In this document: piece after piece, positions 40,364 through 49,209 of the stretch
Layout: every line of letters begins with the position of its first letter
How positions within the stretch are numbered: position 1 is the first letter of the stretch
NCBI GenBank assembly: GCA_963697775.1
Contig: CAVOPH010000003.1
Span: 151,844 to 215,843, forward strand
Origin: an uncultured Acidobacteriota bacterium
GTDB lineage: Bacteria > Acidobacteriota > Vicinamibacteria > Vicinamibacterales > 2-12-FULL-66-21
Reading direction: 5' to 3'
Length of the DNA: 64,000 nucleotides
Translations under genes and position numbers: made by a program
Notes under the pieces: model-generated
The model's database searches: none
What the model was told of the DNA's origin: nothing
The model's input: only the letters and a program-made list of their open reading frames with translations

Positions 40364-41425
40364 TCAGCGTATTCGGACCCGAACCGAGTACTGGTCCGGC
40401 ACCGTCGCGGAACTGTTCGGCACCCGGATCGGCGGCAACTCGAACGACAGCACATCGTCCGGCCCCGGCATTGGATTTCGAGTTGTGCTGCTCCCGCTGG
40501 CACCGCTCGTCGCATCGCGATTCGGGCCGGTTGAGGAGTACCAGACCCTGCGTATTGTTGTGAAAACCAACTGCGGAGAGCCCTCGTCGGCCGTCAGCCG
40601 CAACAATCCTCTAATTTGAACATTGAGAGGTCCCGCTGCGGTGTCGACCGTGAAGGGCGAAAAGGCAAAGCCGGCGGTGTCAACCTCCCGCAATATGAGA
40701 CCTTGCAGGTTGTACTCAGGATTTTCTGGATGAGCCTTGTCGGTCCTCACCAGAAAGAGCTCGAATGTTCTCGAACTCACACCAACCATGCTGTCTGTCT
40801 TTGGCATGTGAACCAGTCGACCACCACCGCCGCCACTGCTCGCGCCTGCTCCGACGCCCGATCCTGAGCCTGAGCTTGCGCCGCCGCCAGAGGTGCCGCT
40901 CCGCATGATCGTGACCGCCGGTGATTCAGTCAGTGGTCCGGCGGGTCCGACCATCCACCCGGGTCGAGGCTCGTACCTGGCCTCGAAGCTCACTGTCCTG
41001 GCGCCGCAACCAGCGGTTGGATCCGGTGTCGCAGAATCGAGCGGTACTCGATCGCCGGGATGAAGCGTCAGTTGAATCGACGCGCCCGGTGCCGTTGTGG
41101 CCACCCCCGCACTTCGAATGCGCTGCCAGTCGACTCGGACCACCGCCTCATCGCCGGTCATCCTCTCGACCTTGCCTGAAATTCGCCAGGCATCGGTCGC
41201 TGAATCAGGAACGGGCCGGTTTCCTCCACCGATCATGCAGCCTGCAATGTACTGACGTGATTCGGTCGCAAGTGTCGTCTCGTAGGCGGCAGCTTGTGAC
41301 TTGCCATCCGGTCCATACGAAAAGACGCCGACCTGCAGCACCGGAGTGTCCGGCGATTTCGACGGGGCACCACCGGTCGCCTGCGCCGCAAGAATGAGCA
41401 GAGCGATTGAAATCGTCATTGTCAT
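40364..41425 (-). CDS. hypothetical secreted protein with a Gly/Ser-rich linker (third gene of the ECF operon)
   Basis: Signal peptide MTMTISIALLILAAQA. There are two globular halves separated by SGTSGGGASSGSGSGVGAGASSGGGGG. The start overlaps the anti-sigma stop codon (ATGA). Confidence 0.6.
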   Translation of the reverse strand: MTMTISIALLILAAQATGGAPSKSPDTPVLQVGVFSYGPDGKSQAAAYETTLATESRQYIAGCMIGGGNRPVPDSATDAWRISGKVERMTGDEAVVRVDWQRIRSAGVATTAPGASIQLTLHPGDRVPLDSATPDPTAGCGARTVSFEARYEPRPGWMVGPAGPLTESPAVTIMRSGTSGGGASSGSGSGVGAGASSGGGGGRLVHMPKTDSMVGVSSRTFELFLVRTDKAHPENPEYNLQGLILREVDTAGFAFSPFTVDTAAGPLNVQIRGLLRLTADEGSPQLVFTTIRRVWYSSTGPNRDATSGASGSSTTRNPMPGPDDVLSFELPPIRVPNSSATVPDQYSVRVRIR

Positions 41426-41859
41426 TGCCCTTCAACTTTCTCCGTCCAATTCACGCCAGGGCGAAGCGGCACTATGCGCGTTGGTCTTGGCGCCGCGCCA
41501 CTTCCGCTGAAGTCCAAAACTGTTTCCACGCTCGGCGCTGGCGCCGCCTGCACCGTTCGCTGCCCCGCCACGTATCCAGCCGTGAGGCTGACGATGATGG
41601 CCGCAGCGGCGGCCATCCACCCGAAACGGGATAGAACCGAGCGGCGCTCGCACCACTGCACCGGCGTCAGCTCTGAGAGCGTGCCTACGGACTGCCTCAG
41701 GCCGATCAGGTCGACGAGATACTCGCGCACCGCCGGGTCATCGAGGGCAGCCTTCAAAGTCGCAGGATCGACTGGCTCGCCGTCGGCGAGTGCCGCCACG
41801 GCGAGGTACGAGTACTGGTTCGGCTCGGCGCTGTCCCGCTCGCCACCATTGGTCATCAC
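41422..41859 (-). CDS. putative anti-sigma factor (single-pass membrane protein)
   Basis: 145 aa with a central TM helix (FGWMAAAAAIIVSLTAGYVAG). Its start overlaps the ECF sigma stop codon by 4 nt. The call rests on position only. Confidence 0.55.
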   Translation of the reverse strand: MMTNGGERDSAEPNQYSYLAVAALADGEPVDPATLKAALDDPAVREYLVDLIGLRQSVGTLSELTPVQWCERRSVLSRFGWMAAAAAIIVSLTAGYVAGQRTVQAAPAPSVETVLDFSGSGAAPRPTRIVPLRPGVNWTEKVEGQ

Positions 41860-42377
41860 ATCTCTCCAGGGCGGATTGGCCGCCCGTCCGATCTCCCTCT
41901 GAGCACGGATCGCAGCTGCAATCGCGCGCGGTGCAGACGCGATCTCACGGCGTCAGGCGTCAGCTGACAGGCAAATGAAATTTCTTCGTAGCTGAGGCCG
42001 CCGGCTTCGCGCATCAGGAACACATCGCGATCGACGGGGCTCAACTGATCGAGCGCCTCACGAAGCGCCATTGCCAGCGGTTGTGTGGGCGGTACCGCCG
42101 GGTCAACGGCCATCTCGACCGTCTCGCCCCGTCGTCGATCGTCTCGCACGTGGTTCAGCGCGAGATTGCGTGCGATGCGAAAGAGCCACGCGCGACGGCC
42201 CCCTTCATCGGTCTCGGGAGTCCCCGAGCGCGTGACGCGGAGAAACACTTCCTGCGTCAGCTCGCGCGCATCCTCGCTGCCGACGATGCGGCACAGATAG
42301 CGGAATATGCCGTCTCGATGCGCGATGAAGAGAACGTCGGCGTCGGCCACCAAAGGGACTCTACTCAATAAGGACAC
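41856..42377 (-). CDS. ECF-subfamily RNA polymerase sigma-70 factor
   Basis: Region 2: ARELTQEVFLRV...WLFRIARNLALNHVRD. Region 4: LSPVDRDVFLMREAGGLSYEEISFACQLTPDAVRSRLHRARLQLR. Confidence 0.88.
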   Translation of the reverse strand: MSLLSRVPLVADADVLFIAHRDGIFRYLCRIVGSEDARELTQEVFLRVTRSGTPETDEGGRRAWLFRIARNLALNHVRDDRRRGETVEMAVDPAVPPTQPLAMALREALDQLSPVDRDVFLMREAGGLSYEEISFACQLTPDAVRSRLHRARLQLRSVLRGRSDGRPIRPGEM

Positions 42378-42461
42378 CGGGCAGGGGGGATCCTCTCACG
42401 GACGTCGCGCGCTGCCTTAGCAGCGCGTCACAGTCGCTGGCCGCGGGGCTGAAGCGCCGCG

Positions 42462-44426
42462 CTACGGGCGTCCCGCGGCGAGCGCCCATGTCGGAAAGTA
42501 GGCGTGATAGAGCCGGTAGTCGAGCATGGCCGTCCCGAAGAACACGCCGTTGACGGCTCCAGCCGGCCAGGATCCATCAGGGGCCTGGAGGGATTCGAGA
42601 AGAATTCGGCCGCGGCGCATAGCGTCGCAGTCAGGGTCCCCGTACGCGAGCGCCAGGACGGCCCAGCTGGTCATCACGGGCTGTGGCTGCGTGTGCGGAA
42701 CATACCTGCCGGTGAGACAGCTGGAGTAATGCTCACCCCACCCACCGTCCTCTCGTTGCAGCGCCTTGAGCCAATTCAGCGCTCGACGAATCGCCGGATC
42801 CTGACGATCGACGCCGGCAGCACGCAGTGCCTTGACGACGTGAAAGAGGCTGTAGGTGAAACAGACACCCCACGCCGCAGGAAAACGTCCGTCTGGCAGT
42901 TGACTGCGCCGAAGGAAGGCGACCGCGGAGTTCAGAGCCGCGGCGACGCGCTGATCTCGCACGTCCGGATGCGTCCGGCGCACGGTGGCAAGGGCTTCGA
43001 TCGCTGACGCCGTGCACTCGACGTACGAATGCTCCGTCATGCAGTCGCGAAACATTTCGGACGGGTTCAGGCGATCGAGCCAGGCAGGACCGCGGCTCCG
43101 TTCGTAGGTGCTGAAGCCACCGTCGTCATTCTGTCGGGCAAGCAGAAACTCGATCGCCTGGGTCACGCGCTCGACACTCAAGTGGTCGGTATCCGGGATG
43201 AGCCCCGGTACGCGTTGCATGTCGAGGATGGCCGTCAACGCTTCGGCAGTGCAGTCGCTGACCGGCCATTGATGACGACCGTCCGAGAAGCACCACCCGC
43301 CCAGAATGGGCTCGCGGTCGTGCGCCACCTCCGCCGGCAACTCGTCACGCATCTGAGCACCTGCCAGATACGAGTGCGCGCGGCGGAGACTCGCGCACGC
43401 TGCATTCAGCGTCGGCGTCGATGTGGCGTCGGCGGGCGCAACGGTCACATCTTCGAGCAAGGCGCGCGCGGCGAACGCCGTATCCCACACCTGTGACCGC
43501 GCGCCGGCGTACCGAACACCGGCTGCGGCGTCACGCCATTGCCAGTTTTCGATTCCCTCGAGGCTGGGACCGAGATCCCGGTGCGATCGATCGCGGGACA
43601 GAATGGCCAGGCAGTTCAACAAGGCATTGACCGGCGAGAGACCTTGATATCGCGACGCATGCTGTTCGTGCAGAACTTGCTCGAAGCAAGCAGCGAGCGC
43701 CCGCTGACGCAGCCTCCGCGGCATCCACGTCAACACGACGGTCAGCGCACCGCGGAAGATCGGGAGGAGAGGAGACGGCCGGGCGTATAAATCGACGTCC
43801 GACACCTCGTCGCGATGGGCGGCAAAATCGATGCGGTCGAATTGCTCCTCGTACAACTCCGTGCGAAGCGCATCCCGCAGCGCGCCGAGGTCGGCGGTGA
43901 ATTGGCAACCATACAGATATGCCATTCCCAGATAGATGTAGCGCGTGTGGCAGTACCAGTGCCTGGGGTGAAACGGCAGCCACCGCGGCAGAAGAAACAA
44001 CTCCGGCGGCACACTTCCAACACCCTTGAAGTCATACAAGCCGACGAGTGCGAGCCAGAACTTGCCCCATGTCGGAATCGCGAGGACGCCGCCGGGCTGA
44101 CGACGGAGCCACTGCCGCGCGGGCGCGGCCAACTGATCCTCCGGCGCCACACCGAGGAGCCGCAGTGCGACGTATGCCAGCGTCGTCGTGAAGATCTGTG
44201 GCGGTCCTTCGGGATGAAGTCCCCACCCACCCTCAGCGGTCTGCGTCACCGTATAGTGCTGGCGGATCTGCGCGCGATCTCTTTCATCCAGCTCTCGTCC
44301 GGTTGCATGCCGAACGATGACGTACTGCGAGAGGATCATCGTGCACCACACGACTTCTCCTTCCCACGAGCCGTCCTCGCGCTGCAGCGAACGAAGATGC
44401 TCAATCGCGAGCTCGCCCGGATTCAA
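42462..44426 (-). CDS. oxidosqualene cyclase (lanosterol/cycloartenol synthase-type triterpene cyclase)
   Basis: Multiple QW repeats: QREDGSWEG, AEGGWGL, QNDDGGFS, QLPDGRFP, QREDGGWGE, QAPDGSWP. The catalytic motif HQWPVSDCTAEAL (Asp codon 43254-43256) is the OSC type, not the SHC DxDD type. SQVWDTAF is present. The start is uncertain: the TTG at 44426 overlaps the upstream stop codon, and the ORF is open to 44654. Confidence 0.85.
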   Translation of the reverse strand: MNPGELAIEHLRSLQREDGSWEGEVVWCTMILSQYVIVRHATGRELDERDRAQIRQHYTVTQTAEGGWGLHPEGPPQIFTTTLAYVALRLLGVAPEDQLAAPARQWLRRQPGGVLAIPTWGKFWLALVGLYDFKGVGSVPPELFLLPRWLPFHPRHWYCHTRYIYLGMAYLYGCQFTADLGALRDALRTELYEEQFDRIDFAAHRDEVSDVDLYARPSPLLPIFRGALTVVLTWMPRRLRQRALAACFEQVLHEQHASRYQGLSPVNALLNCLAILSRDRSHRDLGPSLEGIENWQWRDAAAGVRYAGARSQVWDTAFAARALLEDVTVAPADATSTPTLNAACASLRRAHSYLAGAQMRDELPAEVAHDREPILGGWCFSDGRHQWPVSDCTAEALTAILDMQRVPGLIPDTDHLSVERVTQAIEFLLARQNDDGGFSTYERSRGPAWLDRLNPSEMFRDCMTEHSYVECTASAIEALATVRRTHPDVRDQRVAAALNSAVAFLRRSQLPDGRFPAAWGVCFTYSLFHVVKALRAAGVDRQDPAIRRALNWLKALQREDGGWGEHYSSCLTGRYVPHTQPQPVMTSWAVLALAYGDPDCDAMRRGRILLESLQAPDGSWPAGAVNGVFFGTAMLDYRLYHAYFPTWALAAGRP

Positions 44427-45655
44427 TAGAGTCCCGGCACGATGCGCCAGCGGACCTTCTGGCAATACGCCTCCCAATCCTGACCGTACTTGTCCAGGCA
44501 CATCCGATGGTCGCGACGTTCGCGATGGAGCAGCAGGATCAGGAAGTAGACGATATAGAAATAGGTCAACGGATGTGAGAACCCGGTCGGCAGGCACCAC
44601 GCCAGGCCCATCAGCAGGTCGCCGAAGTAGTTCAAGTGCCTCGAGACGCCCCACCAGCCCGACGTCAGCAGGAGCGCGCCGCTTCCCGTGCGAATGTAAA
44701 CCGGCGGCCGGCCCCAGACCGGACGCGTCGGGTCGCGCCGGAACCGGTGCTTCTGAATGTTCGCGCCGCGAAAGATCAGGTACCCGGCCATGTTCAAGAG
44801 GACGATTCCAGTTGTCGCGATGAAGGACAGTTCATGCGGGTGGGTCACGAGATAGTAGGCCTGCACGGTATACATGAACGGAACCCACACCAGATCGCCC
44901 CAGCACAACATCCATCCAAACCGCTCGTGCTTGATGTCCCAGGCGGTGACGATGGCTTCCTCGTGAAAGAAGTAATCAGCGACGTACAGAAACTGAAAGG
45001 CATTCACGAGAATCATCGGCGTCGTGACGAAGCCTTGGAGCTCATACTGCTTCGCCGCACAGGAAGCATCGAGAAGCACCCAGAGCATCAGGCCGGGGCG
45101 CGCCTCACAGAAGAATTTCAGATCGAGGTGTCCAATCCGCGGGTTGAGCGACACCCCAAACACATAGCCGACGATTCCACCTTTCGCCCGCGCGGCAGTC
45201 GATCGCTCCCTCTGTGACCAGAAAACGGCCGCCGCGATCGCGAATGCGGCAATGTTTGCGGTGACCAGGAGCGGACCGAATTCGTCGTATGCGATCGAGC
45301 CGCGCACCCTGCCAGACCACACGGCCACCAGCACGATCCCGATCGTGCAGACGAACGACAGCAGCCCATTCATTCGATACTCGAGCCGCGATCCGTCGGA
45401 TAGGGGCATCCCGGTCGCGGATCGGCCGGGGACGACGAAATAGAGCGCGACCTGCAGGATCAGCCACGACACGTAAAGAAGAGTCGCCGCGACGGTGGGC
45501 CGCGGCAGGTACTGATGGAGGCCGTCGCGGATCTGCGGCGCAAGCGGAGAAACCAGCGCTCCATCGAAAAACGTCAGACACAGCCAGGAGTACCAGGCAA
45601 AGACGGGAAGACCAATCAGCATCGCCGCAGCGGACAGGCGACGATCTGCAGTCAT
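44423..45655 (-). CDS. ERG4/ERG24-family sterol reductase (C-14 / C-7 / C-24(28) type; specificity not assignable)
   Basis: About 9 TM helices. The C-terminal signature LNYFGDLLMGLAWCL...LLLHRERRDHRMCLDKYGQDWEAYC matches the sterol reductase family signature (LLHRxxRDxxxCxxKYG). ATG at 45655 (MTADRRLSAAAMLIGLPVF). Confidence 0.85.
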   Translation of the reverse strand: MTADRRLSAAAMLIGLPVFAWYSWLCLTFFDGALVSPLAPQIRDGLHQYLPRPTVAATLLYVSWLILQVALYFVVPGRSATGMPLSDGSRLEYRMNGLLSFVCTIGIVLVAVWSGRVRGSIAYDEFGPLLVTANIAAFAIAAAVFWSQRERSTAARAKGGIVGYVFGVSLNPRIGHLDLKFFCEARPGLMLWVLLDASCAAKQYELQGFVTTPMILVNAFQFLYVADYFFHEEAIVTAWDIKHERFGWMLCWGDLVWVPFMYTVQAYYLVTHPHELSFIATTGIVLLNMAGYLIFRGANIQKHRFRRDPTRPVWGRPPVYIRTGSGALLLTSGWWGVSRHLNYFGDLLMGLAWCLPTGFSHPLTYFYIVYFLILLLHRERRDHRMCLDKYGQDWEAYCQKVRWRIVPGLY

Positions 45656-45713
45656 CGGCGTCGAGATTAGCGAAGTCGTGTTTCGGTGTAAACTGCGGGC
45701 TCTCCGAGGCCCG

Positions 45714-46754
45714 ATGGCTCCCTCCGCTACCCTCGTTACCGGCGCGACCGGACACCTGGGCGCAAACCTCGTCCGGCGGCTACTGCACGAAGGCGTACGC
45801 GTCCGGGTCCTGCTGCGGCCGACGCACGACCCGCGCGCGGTTGAGGGACTCGATGTCGAGCGCGCGCCTGGCGACATCTGCGACCGCGCCTCGATCGAAG
45901 CGGCGATGGAGGGCTGCGCACGGGTTTTTCACTGCGCCGCGAAGATCTCAATCACCGCCGGCGGTGAGCGCGAGATCTACGACACTAATGTGCTCGGCAC
46001 GCGCAACGTCCTCGCGGCGGCGGCACGCGCCGGCGTCGTGCGCACGGTGGTCACCGGATCGTTCAGCGCGGTGGGCCATCATCCCGATCGCCCGAGCGAC
46101 GAGCGGGATCCGTTCAACCCGTTCGCGAAAGCACTGCCGTACGAGCGGTCCAAGGCCGCCGTTGAACACGAGTGCCTGAAGGCGGCGGTGGAAGGACAGG
46201 ATGTCGTGATCGCGATCTCGTGTGCGATCGTCGGCCCTCACGACTTCAAGCCATCGCGGATGGGCCGGGTCGTGTGCGACTTCGCGAACGCCCGAATGCC
46301 CGCGTACATTCCTGGAGGGTTCGAGTTCGTTGCCGCCCGCGACATCGTGACCGGCCATCTGCTGGCGATGGAGCGTGGACGTTCGGGTCAGCGCTACATC
46401 TTCAGCACCGAATTCGTCACCGTCGATACCTTGATGCAGTGGCTGGAAGAGATCACCGGCCAACCGCGGCCGCGGCTGCGCCTGCCGCCTGCCGTGATGG
46501 CCGCGATCGCTGAAGTGGCGAGTCCGCTGCTCACGATCCTTGCGCCACATCGTCCGCAGCGCCTGACACCTGCCGCCGTTCACCTGCTCCGAATGGGCCG
46601 GCGCGCGGACTGCTCGAAGGCGAAACAGGAACTTGGCTATCAGCCCACGTCGGTCAAGGATGCCGTGCGCGACGCGTATGAATGGTTCGTCGCCAACGGA
46701 GACATCCGAAAGGTGGCGAATCCAGCGTCAGTCACCGAGACACGGAGAGTCTGA
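45714..46754 (+). CDS. extended-SDR NAD(P)-dependent 3-beta-hydroxysteroid dehydrogenase/reductase-like enzyme (SdmB/ERG26-type candidate)
   Basis: Rossmann motif VTGATGHLGANLVRRLL. Catalytic YxxxK in PYERSKAAVE. It is the first gene of the operon that includes CYP51 and the Rieske oxygenase. Confidence 0.7.
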   Translation: MAPSATLVTGATGHLGANLVRRLLHEGVRVRVLLRPTHDPRAVEGLDVERAPGDICDRASIEAAMEGCARVFHCAAKISITAGGEREIYDTNVLGTRNVLAAAARAGVVRTVVTGSFSAVGHHPDRPSDERDPFNPFAKALPYERSKAAVEHECLKAAVEGQDVVIAISCAIVGPHDFKPSRMGRVVCDFANARMPAYIPGGFEFVAARDIVTGHLLAMERGRSGQRYIFSTEFVTVDTLMQWLEEITGQPRPRLRLPPAVMAAIAEVASPLLTILAPHRPQRLTPAAVHLLRMGRRADCSKAKQELGYQPTSVKDAVRDAYEWFVANGDIRKVANPASVTETRRV

Positions 46755-48106
46755 TGACCGATTCCCCGTCGGCGACGCTGCCTCCTCTCTTGCCCGGCGG
46801 CCTTCCCTACCTTGGACACGCGTTCGAGTTCTGGAGCCGGCCAGTCGATCTGCTTCAGGCAGGTCAACGCAGGTTCGGCAGCGTCTGGAGCTTCGTGCTG
46901 GCAGGCCAGCGTGCCACCGTGCTGACAGGGCCGGAAGGGAACGAGGCCTTTTTCCGCGCGCCGGACGATGTACTCAGCGCGCGCGACTGCTACAAGTTCA
47001 CCATTCCCGTGTTCGGACCGGGTGTGGCGTACGACGTGCCGCCCGCGGAGATGGATCGCCAGCTCGCGTTCGTCCACCCGGCGCTCAGCGACAAGCGGCT
47101 GCGCAAGTACGTCGAGGTGATGGTCGAGGAGGCTGAACAATATCTGACCACCTGGGGCGACGCCGGCGAGCGGGATCTGTTCTCGACGACGCAGGACATC
47201 ACGCTCTTCATTGCCACTCGCTGCCTCCTCGGCGACGAGGTCCGCCGCCATTGCAGCACGCGGTTCGCTCAGCTCTACCACGATCTCGACGGCGGAATGT
47301 CGATCCTCGCCTACTTCTTTCCGCATGCGCCGCTGCCAGCGTTCCGGCGCCGCGATCGCGCGCGTGATGCGGTCTATGCGCTGCTGTCGGACATCATGGC
47401 GCAGAGACGACGGAATGGAGCCGCGGCGCACGAGGATTTCCTCAGCACGCTGATGGCGTTTCGCGACGAGCATGGTGCACCCCTGTCCGACAACGTCGTT
47501 GTCGGTCTGTTGCTGACGCTCATCTTTGCCGGGCAGCATACGAGCGCGGTGCTGGCGGCGTGGACCGGCATCCTGCTGCATCAGCATCCGCACTATCTGC
47601 CGCCGATTCTGGAAGAGCAGGTTCGTGAGCTTGCCGGCAACGATCTCACCACCGAGTCGCTGAAACGGCTGGTCGTGCTCGAGCGCGCGATCAAGGAAGC
47701 CGAACGGTTACGGCCGCCGCTGGTCATGCTGATGCGATCGGTTCAGCAGCCGCTTCGCGTCAACGGCTACGAGCTGCCGGTCGGTTCGCTCGCGCTTGCC
47801 TCGCCGGCGGTCTCTCACCGCCTGCCGGCGATCTACACCGAACCCGATCGTTTCGATCCCGAGCGATTCGGCCCGGGCCGGGAGGAGGATCGCCGAGCCT
47901 CGTACTCGCTGATAGGCTTCGGCGGCGGCAAGCATCGCTGTATCGGAATGGTGTTCGCCTACCAGCAGATCAAGATCATCTGGACCAGCATCCTGCGACG
48001 ATATGACATCGAGCTCGTCGAGCGCGAGTATCGGCCCGACTACCGTACGCTCGTGGTCGGCCCCTGCCAGCCGTGCCGCATCAGATACAGAAGGAGAGCT
48101 GCGTGA
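46754..48106 (+). CDS. cyp51: sterol 14-alpha-demethylase, cytochrome P450 family 51
   Basis: CYP51 signatures: YKFTIPVFGPGVAYD (B' helix and B-C loop), LTLIFAGQHTSAV (helix I) and the haem loop FGGGKHRCIGMVFAYQQIKIIW. The overall order resembles mycobacterial CYP51. The ATG overlaps the upstream TGA (TGATG). Confidence 0.9.
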   Translation: MTDSPSATLPPLLPGGLPYLGHAFEFWSRPVDLLQAGQRRFGSVWSFVLAGQRATVLTGPEGNEAFFRAPDDVLSARDCYKFTIPVFGPGVAYDVPPAEMDRQLAFVHPALSDKRLRKYVEVMVEEAEQYLTTWGDAGERDLFSTTQDITLFIATRCLLGDEVRRHCSTRFAQLYHDLDGGMSILAYFFPHAPLPAFRRRDRARDAVYALLSDIMAQRRRNGAAAHEDFLSTLMAFRDEHGAPLSDNVVVGLLLTLIFAGQHTSAVLAAWTGILLHQHPHYLPPILEEQVRELAGNDLTTESLKRLVVLERAIKEAERLRPPLVMLMRSVQQPLRVNGYELPVGSLALASPAVSHRLPAIYTEPDRFDPERFGPGREEDRRASYSLIGFGGGKHRCIGMVFAYQQIKIIWTSILRRYDIELVEREYRPDYRTLVVGPCQPCRIRYRRRAA

Positions 48107-49209
48107 CGCCCCCGACGTTCGAACAGGCACACAATCATCGCCAGCGAGTACGCGCCGCCGGCCTCAGCCCGGACCACTGGTACCCGGTCGAATGGGAGCG
48201 GAACGTCAAGCCCGGGCAGGTCATCGACACGACGTTCTGGAACCAATCAATCGCGGTCTTCCGCGGAAAGAATGGATCGCTCTATGCGGTTGAAAACCGC
48301 TGCGCGCATCGCCAGCTGAAACTCTCGCTGGGTGAGGTCGGCGACTGCACGATCACGTGCGGATACCACGGGTGGATGTACGACGGCGAGGGGCGATGCA
48401 CGCAGATGTTCCACGATCTCTTCGGTCACACGTTTCCGCGGCTGAAGATCGCGTCGTTTCCGGTCCAGGCGCGGCACGGGCTCGTCTGGATCTTTCCCGG
48501 GAACCCGGCGCTGAAAGACGAGCGGCGTATCCCGGACATTCCTGAACTGGAACAGGCTCGACCGTGGGGATCCATCGCGATCGATTTCACGTGGCGCGCG
48601 CACCACTCGATGATCATCGACAACGTCAGCGACTTCACCCACGCCTACCTGCATCGCAAGAGCAAGCCGTTCACCGATGCGAAGCTCACGATGATGGAGC
48701 CGCAGGCCGACCGCGTGCTGCTCGCGTACGACACGAAAGTCGGCCAGGGACGAATCTCAGGATTGTTCGTCGATCGAAAGCGGACGAACACGAATGCGAT
48801 GACGCTCGCCTACGAGTATCCGTATCAGTGGTCCAACACCGACGACAAGATCAAGCACTGGTGCTTCGTGCTGCCGATCGACGGCGAGACCACGCGGGTG
48901 TTCTTCATCTTCTATTTCAGCCATGAAATGCTGAAGGTGCCGCTGATTCCGCTGCGAATGCCGCGGCCGCTCATCCGCGCAATCATGGCCGCGTCAAAAC
49001 GGCTGCTGGTCAAACCGCTGCTCGAAGAGGACGGCGTCGCGGTCGAAGCCGAACAGGAAGCGTGGCGAAAGCATTACGAACAGCCGATCGCAGAACTGAA
49101 CCCTGCAGTCCATCAATTTCAGCAGCTGACCATCCGCAAGTGGGAGGAGCACCTGGCGCGATCGGTGAAGCCGAGGGCCGCTACTTCCGCTCCAGCTCTC
49201 TCCGGCTGA
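48103..49209 (+). CDS. Rieske non-haem iron oxygenase, SdmA-like (candidate sterol C-4 methyl oxidase)
   Basis: GTG start overlaps the CYP51 stop codon (GTGA), 6 nt after AAGGAGAG. Rieske motif CAHRQLKLSLGEVGDCTITCGYHGW. Mononuclear iron motif DNVSDFTHAYLH. Confidence 0.75.
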   Translation: MTPPTFEQAHNHRQRVRAAGLSPDHWYPVEWERNVKPGQVIDTTFWNQSIAVFRGKNGSLYAVENRCAHRQLKLSLGEVGDCTITCGYHGWMYDGEGRCTQMFHDLFGHTFPRLKIASFPVQARHGLVWIFPGNPALKDERRIPDIPELEQARPWGSIAIDFTWRAHHSMIIDNVSDFTHAYLHRKSKPFTDAKLTMMEPQADRVLLAYDTKVGQGRISGLFVDRKRTNTNAMTLAYEYPYQWSNTDDKIKHWCFVLPIDGETTRVFFIFYFSHEMLKVPLIPLRMPRPLIRAIMAASKRLLVKPLLEEDGVAVEAEQEAWRKHYEQPIAELNPAVHQFQQLTIRKWEEHLARSVKPRAATSAPALSG

